A DNA stretch of 64,000 nt, from positions 192,041 through 256,040 of the forward strand of contig JBBTYL010000003.1 in the NCBI GenBank assembly GCA_038061795.1, written 5' to 3'. This document shows, piece after piece, positions 28,895 to 36,360 of this stretch; positions within the stretch are counted from its first letter, which is position 1, and every line of letters starts with the position of its first letter. Origin of the DNA: Patescibacteria group bacterium. Its GTDB lineage: Bacteria; Patescibacteriota; Minisyncoccia; Phycocordibacterales; PALSA-1337. The position numbers and the translations under genes were made by a program. The notes under the pieces were generated by a model, which was not told the origin of the DNA, did not search any database, and saw only the letters and a program-made list of their open reading frames with translations.

Positions 28895-29176
28895 TTGGGT
28901 CTCGGTCAAAAGATTGAGACTGTTTTTCTGGATATTTTAGAGTTAAGTTTTTCGTGCGTATATCTTCCCCTTGAGCCCAAAATACTCTTGTTAGGAAAAG
29001 TCATTTCAAGGCTGGATACGCTCAAGTTCTTCACACAGCTGGCATGGGAAGGAAAACTGATACCAAACGAGAAATACGTCGAGCTTTCTAAGAAGCTGGA
29101 GGAGATCGGAAAAATGCTTGGAGGATGGAGAAAAGGATTACAAAATCCGGCAAACAAAACTCTCACCTTGAAGTAG
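28895..29176 (+). CDS. Avd-like four-helix-bundle accessory protein (N-terminally disrupted as sequenced)
   Basis: ...LDTLKFFTQLAWEGKLIPNEKYVELSKKLEEIGKMLGGWRKGL resembles bAvd and the 23S-IVS four-helix-bundle family. The frame is open upstream to 28748 (..RTVPGVILKEKEAYQFWLVLHRNFPRVER..), but the only ATGs (28791/28794) are out of frame by one across the C11 tract. Confidence 0.65.
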   Translation: MGLGQKIETVFLDILELSFSCVYLPLEPKILLLGKVISRLDTLKFFTQLAWEGKLIPNEKYVELSKKLEEIGKMLGGWRKGLQNPANKTLTLK

Positions 29177-29198
29177 TGAGAGAAATAACGAGTTTCGA

Positions 29199-29315
29199 GA
29201 GCCACCACACGATGGCGGTTGTCGGCATTCCAGACGTTGTCGTTCGAGAATCGGTTGACGTTGGCGTTAAGCGTGCCGTCATCGTTGACGTTCACGTTAG
29301 CAACGAAGAACTCGT
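29199..29315 (-). repeat. DGR template repeat (TR)
   Basis: 117 bp. In minus sense it encodes ..FFVANVNVNDDGTLNANVNRFSNDNVWNADNRHRVV.. with nine AAC codons and one AAT codon. Confidence 0.9.
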
Positions 29316-29533
29316 ACAGCAAGCCATCCTGCACACCATCGCCCAAATCATGAACGATTGAAACTTATGTGGGACGTAGAAGTCCGCAAGCTTGCTGCAC
29401 CAACTAGCATTTTTTTATTTGAAAAGATAGACCCACTCTTCCGCAAGACGTATCCAGCAGAATTCTCAAGTGTATCCTTACACAACCATTGCGCTTGAGC
29501 CGTAGCCGAAGCGCACCGATGTATTGCCTTTTC

Positions 29534-29562
29534 ATTATACAAAAATCCCCCTGATTTGCCAA
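29534..29562 (-). promoter_or_regulatory. sigma70-like promoter between VR and TR (candidate TR-RNA/RT promoter)
   Basis: Minus-sense TTGGCA, 17 nt spacer, TATAAT. Confidence 0.4.
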
Positions 29563-29615
29563 AATAAATTTTGACAAGGGTCAGAGGGACTGAGAGCCAA
29601 AGTAGGCTCGGGGGA

Positions 29616-30305
29616 CTAATTTTTGAGTGCCAGTTGCGGAGCCACCACACGACGGCGGCTGCCGGCACGCCAGACGAGGCCGTTCGAGAATCGGCGGACG
29701 TGGGCGCCAAGCGTGCCGTCATCGCGGACGAACACGCGAGCAACGAAGAACTCGTCGCCAACCTTGAAGAGGAAGAACGTGGCGTAACCTTCCGTGCGAA
29801 GCCACTTCTTGTGCTTCTGCACGAACTGGATGATCTGGGCCTGCGTGAGGCACAGCTCGTCCAAGTTCTCGCTCAGGCCTCCGAAGATCTTGGCAAACGT
29901 GCCATCCTTGACCATCTCGTGGACATGGACGTTTTGCGCAGTCGTCGGATCAGCCTTGACGTTGCAACCCCAGTTCTGGAAATCGCTATCAATGCCCCAT
30001 GTGAAGACTTCCTTAGCCTTCGCAATGGTCCGCTTGCCGTCCGTGGGTTCAAGCTCAAGGGTTTCAGCCCCAGAGATGAGCTTCAGACAGCCAGCGATGT
30101 TTTCGGCGAGTTCAGCGAACAGAGCTTTGACGAATTCCTTGATTCGGGGAGCCACTTGACGTGACCCAACCAAACGTTGGATGTTCTCGCTGTTGAGAAC
30201 GCCATTCGCTTCCAGTTCGTTGACCGCTTCTTCACTCCCTTTGCGTGCCGCGTCTTTGGCAACAGTGACGCACTGTTCTTTCTGACCAGATGTAATCGGT
30301 TTCAT
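29616..30305 (-). CDS. DGR variable (target) protein
   Basis: 229 aa. The VR forms the last ~40 codons (..FFVARVFVRDDGTLGAHVRRFSNGLVWRAGSRRRVV..). No signal peptide or TM segment is visible. GC-rich. Confidence 0.85.
   Translation of the reverse strand: MKPITSGQKEQCVTVAKDAARKGSEEAVNELEANGVLNSENIQRLVGSRQVAPRIKEFVKALFAELAENIAGCLKLISGAETLELEPTDGKRTIAKAKEVFTWGIDSDFQNWGCNVKADPTTAQNVHVHEMVKDGTFAKIFGGLSENLDELCLTQAQIIQFVQKHKKWLRTEGYATFFLFKVGDEFFVARVFVRDDGTLGAHVRRFSNGLVWRAGSRRRVVAPQLALKN
29639..29755 (-). repeat. DGR variable repeat (VR)
   Basis: 117 bp aligned to the TR at offset 440. There are 19 mismatches, all at TR adenines in coding sense. Confidence 0.9.
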
Positions 30306-30453
30306 ACCGTTATCATCCTTTCTCCCTTTCGGGTTTGGTTTATTAATTTGCTGGACTCTTCGCCACAGCGGAGAAAGCCCTATGAATAAGGCATTTTCTG
30401 CTATGGCGAATATTCAAAAATAAGTTGGAAATGTACTTACTTATACTGATACT

Positions 30454-30482
30454 ATTATACACCTTTTATAGGTATATGTCAA
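30454..30482 (-). promoter_or_regulatory. consensus sigma70-type promoter upstream of the DGR target gene
   Basis: Minus-sense TTGACA, 17 nt spacer, TATAAT, about 150 nt upstream of the ATG at 30305. Confidence 0.55.
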
Positions 30483-30511
30483 TATTAGCCAAAGGAGCTT
30501 ATCGGGGACTT

Positions 30512-31177
30512 TTATATGGTTTCTTGATCGTGTATAACAAAGTTGATTTTCGTCTCTCCTCCATCATAAACAGTGTCATCAAGTGAATATTTAACCAAAG
30601 GTGCCATACCACGAGCTGAGTACTCCAAAGTCTTGAATAGGTAACCTAGAAATGTACCCGTGTATTTATATAATCTTATACATCCTCGCATTCTTTCTTC
30701 CAGCTCGTCTGTGTATCCTTTCCATCTATATATCTGCCACCTGCGGTCGATCCATTCGTCCACGATAAATTTAAGCCATTTAATAAGTTCTTGTTGTGCC
30801 AAGATATTCCCTTTTTGACTGATACGGACTAGGGCGACAATGATTTTTTCTTGATCGCGCTCTTCTTTAGGATTATTTGGAACGAGTAGAGTATATAACT
30901 TGCTCCTGTGTTTCAGAAGAATCAAATCTACTTCTTCTTGATTCTCATATTCCTTAAGAGACCTTCGTCTGTTACTAGTCCATCTTTTTTGGAATTTTCG
31001 ATCAAGCCTGAGAGTTACCCTGTCCCAGTTCACATCATTGTTTTCTGTCCTGATATATTTCCAAATGTAGCGATAGGCGGATGGAGCTTCCATTTGGACC
31101 CACCTGCTGCCAAATGTCGTTGGTTGTTTTTCTTTGAGGGATTTTTTAAGGATTTTGATGGCTTCTTTTAAATTCAT
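30512..31177 (-). CDS. hypothetical protein with a sigma-70 region-2-like segment
   Basis: 221 aa. LAQQELIKWLKFIVDEWIDR...YTDELEERMRGCIRLYKYTGTFLGYLFKTLEYSAR is loosely similar to sigma region 2. This is a weak call. Confidence 0.3.
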   Translation of the reverse strand: MNLKEAIKILKKSLKEKQPTTFGSRWVQMEAPSAYRYIWKYIRTENNDVNWDRVTLRLDRKFQKRWTSNRRRSLKEYENQEEVDLILLKHRSKLYTLLVPNNPKEERDQEKIIVALVRISQKGNILAQQELIKWLKFIVDEWIDRRWQIYRWKGYTDELEERMRGCIRLYKYTGTFLGYLFKTLEYSARGMAPLVKYSLDDTVYDGGETKINFVIHDQETI

Positions 31178-31190
31178 AACTCCCTACATT

Positions 31191-31565
31191 TTAACCTTTC
31201 TTTTTATTTGGGAAAATCTTTGAAGAGAAATAGACCAGAACAGCGACGGCTGCAATAGACATTACAATTCCTAATATTTTTTGTTGAAGATTATCAGAAT
31301 ATGCAAATGATAAAACTAGTTGGAAAAGTGCTACTAGCAACTGCACAACGGAAAGCAGAAAAAGAGCTATAGTAAATTTTTTCTCAACCTCTGACGACTT
31401 TTCGACTTGAAGGGTCTGTTTATCAATTGACTCATTAAGACGCCTTATACTACGTCTTGTTAGTTCATCTGAAGCAAGATGTACTACTCTATAATCTAAT
31501 TGGTTAACCCATGATAACAGTTCTTTTTCGGTGGCGTCTTCAACGTTTTTTGAGAATTTTTTCAT
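31191..31565 (-). CDS. small protein with two C-terminal TM helices
   Basis: 124 aa. The hydrophobic segments are FTIALFLLSVVQLLVALFQLVL and ILGIVMSIAAVAVLVYF. Confidence 0.55.
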   Translation of the reverse strand: MKKFSKNVEDATEKELLSWVNQLDYRVVHLASDELTRRSIRRLNESIDKQTLQVEKSSEVEKKFTIALFLLSVVQLLVALFQLVLSFAYSDNLQQKILGIVMSIAAVAVLVYFSSKIFPNKKKG

Positions 31566-31569
31566 TGTT

Positions 31570-33063
31570 TTAAGATTTCACTACTTTTAATTTACTTGGT
31601 GAAGGTTTTACCAAACCATCCACAATCACAAGTTCTGGGCATTTTTTGTTCGCCTTCTTATTTTCCTCACAAAGTTTAGTGATGATATCAAGTTGAGAGT
31701 AACTATCATTCTTTTTGGGTTGTTTCTTAACTAAAATAACTACAAAAAAACTATACTGTGCATTTTCACTCTTTTCATATGCTTCAAGCTGTTTTTTATA
31801 CCCGCTCTCCAAATTTTTATTATTAGATTTCTTTATTTCTACCAAAACCTTCTCTTGATACCCTGTACCTAATGAGAAGTCAACAGGGCCTCTGCCAGCA
31901 TCTGATTCGCCAGATAAAAGAATGTTTGCTTGTCGACAAAATAGATCCGCAATCATATAAAATATTTTTTGAGAAACATCTTCGTGATGCGGTTCTTTTT
32001 TCAAGATCTTTCCTGTCTTTGTTCTGTGATACAAGAGATTACTACCTCCATTATCTTCTATCGTCCTTTTAAACTGAGTGGTAAGATCTCTGATTGAATT
32101 AATTAGTTCGCTAGCATTTTTAGGCTTATTATGAGCTTTAATTTTGGAAGATTGTTTTTCAATGAACGGGTCAATCTTATAATATCCTTTCTCATCAATA
32201 TTGAGGTCATAAGATTTGACTTCTACTTTTCTATAGACATCAAGTAATGCTGACATATCTTTTTTAAATGCCTCCTTCTCTTTCTGACTACCTTGAGATA
32301 TGTCTTTCATAATTTTTTCCAGTGCTGGCTGTACAATGTCTTCGAGTTGCTTTCTTAATGATTCGTTACGTGCGGCGGCATTTGCTATTTGATCCCAAGA
32401 TGCCGCGACCGGTAGAACACTTAATAGAGAGTACGGGATAAAAATTATCTGCTCGTTAGTAAACGGATGGGTAGGAAGAAAATATTTACTTCCCTCAATT
32501 GTATATTGCCTAGTTTTTACTCCCAGCTTCAATGAAACTCTTTCTGTATACTTACAGAGGTCGGAGTAAATAATACTAATAATTAGATCACTTATACTGT
32601 CTGGACCAAATTTAGGAACAAACAAACTAAGAAGTTCCACAACTTCTGCGTCTTCAATTCCAACAGAAAAAATTTCACTTACTGAAAGTAAAATTTTATT
32701 TGCCACAGGTTTTGGAACTGACGTACCATTATCACTTTTACTTCCATAACCAATTGAAACACCTTCTGGCTCAGGTACTGCTAACATATCTCTTGCTTGA
32801 TTTCTTAAACGAGGAGATTTGTGAGACTGCTTATGTATTCTTAGAAGAGTAGTAAAATAGTCAAGTATTCTTTTTCTTGAATCTCTAAGTTCTGGAATAT
32901 CTGAACTGACCAATAATTTAGGATCAACAAAAAGTTTGGTGTCCAACCCCAAGGTGGCATCAAAAACACCTACCTTCTCTAAAACTTTTCTTGCTACTCC
33001 TAGATGCTTACTTAAAGGAATTATTTTCATAAATTCCCTTATTATATGTTTACCTTCATCCAA
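31570..33063 (-). CDS. hypothetical protein with a C-terminal PD-(D/E)xK nuclease-like motif
   Basis: 497 aa. ..HHEDV..GRGPVDFSLG..KVLVEIKKS.. fits the E...D...ExK pattern. Confidence 0.45.
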   Translation of the reverse strand: MDEGKHIIREFMKIIPLSKHLGVARKVLEKVGVFDATLGLDTKLFVDPKLLVSSDIPELRDSRKRILDYFTTLLRIHKQSHKSPRLRNQARDMLAVPEPEGVSIGYGSKSDNGTSVPKPVANKILLSVSEIFSVGIEDAEVVELLSLFVPKFGPDSISDLIISIIYSDLCKYTERVSLKLGVKTRQYTIEGSKYFLPTHPFTNEQIIFIPYSLLSVLPVAASWDQIANAAARNESLRKQLEDIVQPALEKIMKDISQGSQKEKEAFKKDMSALLDVYRKVEVKSYDLNIDEKGYYKIDPFIEKQSSKIKAHNKPKNASELINSIRDLTTQFKRTIEDNGGSNLLYHRTKTGKILKKEPHHEDVSQKIFYMIADLFCRQANILLSGESDAGRGPVDFSLGTGYQEKVLVEIKKSNNKNLESGYKKQLEAYEKSENAQYSFFVVILVKKQPKKNDSYSQLDIITKLCEENKKANKKCPELVIVDGLVKPSPSKLKVVKS

Positions 33064-33320
33064 TCTGTGACTTCTTTAGTGACTCCTACTGTTGCCCAAT
33101 CATCATCTGTAATATTCACAACAAGTATTCCATCATTTAAATCTGTTTGAGCTTTGATGTAATCACAGACGTCAGAAGCAGATTTAGTTGTCGTGACAAA
33201 CCATACTGATTTGAGTGGTGTTGCCCAGCCCCCAAGTGCTTTTATTGCGTTAATCAATTTTTTATAATCCTCTGATGTTTCTGGAACCCTAAGGTCATAG
33301 GAAATAAGATGCGTGCTCAT
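33042..33320 (-). CDS. small alpha/beta protein (Cas2/VapD-like beta-alpha-beta pattern by eye)
   Basis: 92 aa, containing HLISYDLRV..YKKLINAIKALG..SVWFVTT..DGILVVNIT. Assigned from topology resemblance only. Confidence 0.4.
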   Translation of the reverse strand: MSTHLISYDLRVPETSEDYKKLINAIKALGGWATPLKSVWFVTTTKSASDVCDYIKAQTDLNDGILVVNITDDDWATVGVTKEVTDWMKVNI

Positions 33321-33321
33321 A

Positions 33322-33459
33322 TTATTTTCGTTTGTTAGGTCGTTGTGTCAGTGCCGACGCTGCTAATGTCTTTACGTCTTTTTTTGTTATCGGAAGTCCT
33401 CGCAATGCTCGAGATGCTATGGTGGCGACCTTTCTAGATGTTCTTTCGTTTTTACTCAT
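33322..33459 (-). CDS. 45-aa basic small ORF
   Basis: Hand translation gives MSKNERTSRKVATIASRALRGLPITKKDVKTLAASALTQRPNKRK. Its TAA stop lies 1 nt before the next ATG and its start lies 9 nt after the lexA stop. Below the ORF-track cutoff. Confidence 0.35.
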   Translation of the reverse strand: MSKNERTSRKVATIASRALRGLPITKKDVKTLAASALTQRPNKRK

Positions 33460-33468
33460 AATTTTATT

Positions 33469-34086
33469 TTAATGCAGATCTTCTGGAAGCACCGCAACAA
33501 CTACCCCTTGGATCATACAATTATCTGTTAATATAATAGGCCTGTGGCTTTTATTTGTTGATTTTGGTCTAAGAATAATAGCATCACGAGTCTTTTCAAA
33601 ACTCTTCACTGTTGCCTCATCGTTGATGAGAGCAACTACGTTGTCTCCATTTTCTGCTGTATCTTGCTGTCTTATAAGAAGTAAATCGCCACTATTGATT
33701 CCGACTTCATTCATCGAATCACCTGATGCTCTAAGTAGGAAATATTTTGATCCTTTTTGAGCCATTCTTGTGGAAATAGGAATGTAGGTCTCTATGTTTT
33801 CCTTTGCAAAAATCGGTGTACCACATGCAACCTGTCCGACAAGAGGCACATTTATAGTACTTACTGAATTTGCGCTATAAGTATTTGCTAGGATAAGTTT
33901 TCTACCTTTCCTTTTTATAAGACCGGATGCAACAAGTCGTTCTACCACCAGACTTGCAGATCTTGGAGATCTTCCTCCCGTCACCACGTTTATCTCACGC
34001 AGAGAAGGGCTTTCACCATAATGGATAATCTTGTTGCGGATAAGGGCAAAAGCTTTTTTGTCTTTGTCACTAAGGTTATTTGTCAT
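33469..34086 (-). CDS. lexA: LexA-family repressor (winged-helix domain plus S24 peptidase)
   Basis: VPLVGQVACGTPIFAKENIE is the cleavage-site region, and ASGDSMNEVGINSGDLLLI...VKSF contains the Ser/Lys dyad region. The likely start is 34086; the track ORF runs to 34116. Confidence 0.85.
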   Translation of the reverse strand: MTNNLSDKDKKAFALIRNKIIHYGESPSLREINVVTGGRSPRSASLVVERLVASGLIKRKGRKLILANTYSANSVSTINVPLVGQVACGTPIFAKENIETYIPISTRMAQKGSKYFLLRASGDSMNEVGINSGDLLLIRQQDTAENGDNVVALINDEATVKSFEKTRDAIILRPKSTNKSHRPIILTDNCMIQGVVVAVLPEDLH

Positions 34087-34144
34087 GGTATAAGAAGTAT
34101 ACAAAACTCTATACAAAAATGCAAGTGTTTGATATTATTGCCTT

Positions 34145-34513
34145 ATGAGAAAAGAATTAATTTACCTGACTGACATAACTCTGCATATGCGAGGTTTTCG
34201 TCAAACCTTGAATTTTGCCAAAGTAGCACAGAAAGGCAGAATGTACTCACCTCTCTCGAGAGATTATGTAAAAAATATTAAGATTGCAGATAGTGGGAAT
34301 GATCACCAAAAATTCGCATTTCAAATTGACTTACCGAAAGATTTAAGGGAGAAGATAGAGAAAGGTGAAGCCGAGCTTATGATACCTGAGGGTGGTCTTT
34401 TGATCTTCCCAGGTAAGGACGTTGTAGAGTATTTAAAGTCAGAGGAAAAAAAGAAGTGGCGAGAGCTTATCCACAAAAACCGAAACCATACTTGGCATGT
34501 GGATAAGAAATAG
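34145..34513 (+). CDS. hypothetical protein
   Basis: 122 aa. Divergent from lexA, with no recognisable motifs. Confidence 0.4.
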   Translation: MRKELIYLTDITLHMRGFRQTLNFAKVAQKGRMYSPLSRDYVKNIKIADSGNDHQKFAFQIDLPKDLREKIEKGEAELMIPEGGLLIFPGKDVVEYLKSEEKKKWRELIHKNRNHTWHVDKK

Positions 34514-34569
34514 AGTATAATATAGGTACAATTAAATATTACTTGTGGTGCCTCACACATCCGTGTCAC

Positions 34570-34640
34570 GCCCACTTCGTAGGAAAGCCTAAAAGAATCA
34601 CTTGTTGATTCTTTAAGTCTTCTTCGCGAAGTGGGCTTTC
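34570..34640 (+). terminator. nested double-stem hairpin followed by a T-rich run
   Basis: The outer 10-bp stem pairs GCCCACTTCG (34570-79) with CGAAGTGGGC (34626-35). The inner stem is AAGAATCA/TGATTCTT. It is followed by TTTCTCGTTTATTT. Confidence 0.45.
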
Positions 34641-34673
34641 TCGTTTATTTATTAGTAATTATCACTTAATAAT

Positions 34674-35954
34674 ATGGAAAATATAAAATTAGTTTGGCAC
34701 TCCGAGCGTCGCCAAGTAAGTACGCTCAAGGCGTGGAATCGAAATCCTCGCAAGATAACAACCCAGAAGTTCAATCAGCTTATTGAACGCATTAAAAGTC
34801 GCGGCTTCCACGATGTCATCAAGATCGACACTGACGGTACAGTACTTTCAGGCAACCAGCGCAAGAAAGCTTTGCTGAAGCTCAGCATCAAGGAAGTGAA
34901 TGTTCTCGTCCCTAATCGCAAGCTCACCGAAGAAGAGCGCGACCGCGTGGGAATCGAGAGCAACACCAATGACGGCGAATGGGATTATGAAGGCTTGAAG
35001 TCATTTGATCTCGACACCCTCACCGATGTCGGCTTCGACACAAATAATCTCTCGGAGATGTGGAGCGAGAACCTCTCGGCTGAAGATGACGAATTCAATC
35101 CTGACGAGGAAATTGAGAAAATTAAAGATCCAAAAACCAAGCTTGGTGATCTCATCCTCATGGGTAACCATAAGTTGATTTGCGGCGATTCTACCAACCC
35201 TACAATATTAAAAAGGCTTTTCGGCAATGATCGTGCCTCGATGATATACAGTGACCCTGTATTCAACATCAACTACTCATACAAATCTGGACTTGGTGGC
35301 AAGAAGAACTATGGTGCAACCGTCAACGACACCCGAACTGACCAAGAGTATGCTGAATTCCTACGAAAAAGCCTTAAATGCGCTTTGTCTGTAACTAAAC
35401 CTGATGCCCATGTTTTCTACTGGTCTGATCAATGTTACATCTGGCTCATACAGACCCTGTATCGTGAGCTTGGTATCGAAAACAAGCGTGTGTGCCTGTG
35501 GATCAAGAACGGCTTTAGTCCAACGCCCGCCGTTGCATTCAACAAGTGCTTTGAACCCTCTACTTATGGCATTCTTGGTCACCCCTATCTCAATGATAGT
35601 GTCCAAAACCTCAATGAGGTATCAAACGGCAATCTGACCACAGGCAACGACATGCTCGATCAGATTTCCGACATATGGGCGGTGAAGCGATTGTCGGCAA
35701 AGGATTATGAGCATGCGACATCCAAGCCCCCGAAGCTCCACGAGAAAGCGATTCGTCGCTGTACCCGCCCAGGTGACATTATCTTGGACAGCTTTTCGGG
35801 ATCGGCAAGTACCATGATTGCAGCCGAGCAATTGAAGCGCAGGGTTTATGCAATCGAACTTGAACCACGCTTCTGTGATCTTGCGATCAAGAGGTACGAG
35901 AAGCTCACCGGAAAAAAAGCAAAAGTAATCCGCAAATACCATGAAGAAAAATAA
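34674..35954 (+). CDS. ParB-like nuclease domain fused to an N6-adenine/N4-cytosine DNA methyltransferase
   Basis: 426 aa. N-terminal ParB/Srx-like region (..NPRKIT..GNQRKKAL..), then the catalytic motif IYSDPVFN (a DPPY variant), and the C-terminal SAM motif ILDSFSGSAST. Confidence 0.85.
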   Translation: MENIKLVWHSERRQVSTLKAWNRNPRKITTQKFNQLIERIKSRGFHDVIKIDTDGTVLSGNQRKKALLKLSIKEVNVLVPNRKLTEEERDRVGIESNTNDGEWDYEGLKSFDLDTLTDVGFDTNNLSEMWSENLSAEDDEFNPDEEIEKIKDPKTKLGDLILMGNHKLICGDSTNPTILKRLFGNDRASMIYSDPVFNINYSYKSGLGGKKNYGATVNDTRTDQEYAEFLRKSLKCALSVTKPDAHVFYWSDQCYIWLIQTLYRELGIENKRVCLWIKNGFSPTPAVAFNKCFEPSTYGILGHPYLNDSVQNLNEVSNGNLTTGNDMLDQISDIWAVKRLSAKDYEHATSKPPKLHEKAIRRCTRPGDIILDSFSGSASTMIAAEQLKRRVYAIELEPRFCDLAIKRYEKLTGKKAKVIRKYHEEK

Positions 35955-36360
35955 AGTAAAAGATAATTTCCTCGCAGAGTTGAGGAAGATACCGATCGTT
36001 CAGGTAGCCTGCGAAAGGATCGGTGTTTCAAGGAATAGTGTCTATCGTTGGAAAAATACCGATGAGATATTTTCTGATGAAATGGACAGAGCGCTTGCAG
36101 AGGGAGAAGCATTGGTAAATGACCTCACTGAAAACCAGCTTCTCACCCTCATCAAGGAAAAAGAGTGGTCTGCTATATCGTTCTGGCTTCGTCATCGTAA
36201 TCCGAAGTTTAGGGAACGTGTGGAAATCACAACTAAGACAGAAAGTGACGGCAAGCTAACAGCTGAACAAGAATCAATCGTACGGGAAGCACTGCGTCTT
36301 TCTGCGGTCGCACCTGTTCAAACTATCACTGATAACAAACAAGACGATGAACCAAAATAA
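35941..36360 (+). CDS. terminase small subunit-like HTH protein
   Basis: 139 aa. The HTH is VACERIGVSRNSVYRWK. The gene overlaps terL by 14 nt. Confidence 0.5.
   Translation: MKKNKVKDNFLAELRKIPIVQVACERIGVSRNSVYRWKNTDEIFSDEMDRALAEGEALVNDLTENQLLTLIKEKEWSAISFWLRHRNPKFRERVEITTKTESDGKLTAEQESIVREALRLSAVAPVQTITDNKQDDEPK

Larger units (their letters stand above)
27777..30305 (-). other. diversity-generating retroelement cassette. In minus sense the order is target gene with VR, promoter-like spacer, TR, antisense avd, then RT.
   Basis: TR/VR pair with adenine-only mismatches, plus a DGR-type RT and an Avd-like gene. Confidence 0.9.

Noticed and set aside
28906-29346. 146-aa minus-strand ORF beginning MGDGVQDGLLYEFFVANVNVNDDGTLNANVNRFSNDNVWNADNRHRVV. 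It could be taken for a second DGR target or a paralog of the variable protein.
   Set aside because: The Asn-rich part is simply the TR read in the VR frame. Downstream of it the ORF is antisense to the Avd-like gene and translates to low-quality sequence. There is no upstream body homologous to the target protein.
29348-30164. Multiple overlapping ORFs on both strands across the DGR target and spacer (29348-29761 minus, 29571-30164 plus, 29794-30159 plus, 29873-30058 minus). Similar overlapping ORFs occur across 10381-11312.
   Set aside because: GC-rich DNA is depleted of stop codons in all frames. Only the 229-aa and 268-aa frames give plausible protein-like sequence with proper starts and Shine-Dalgarno sequences.
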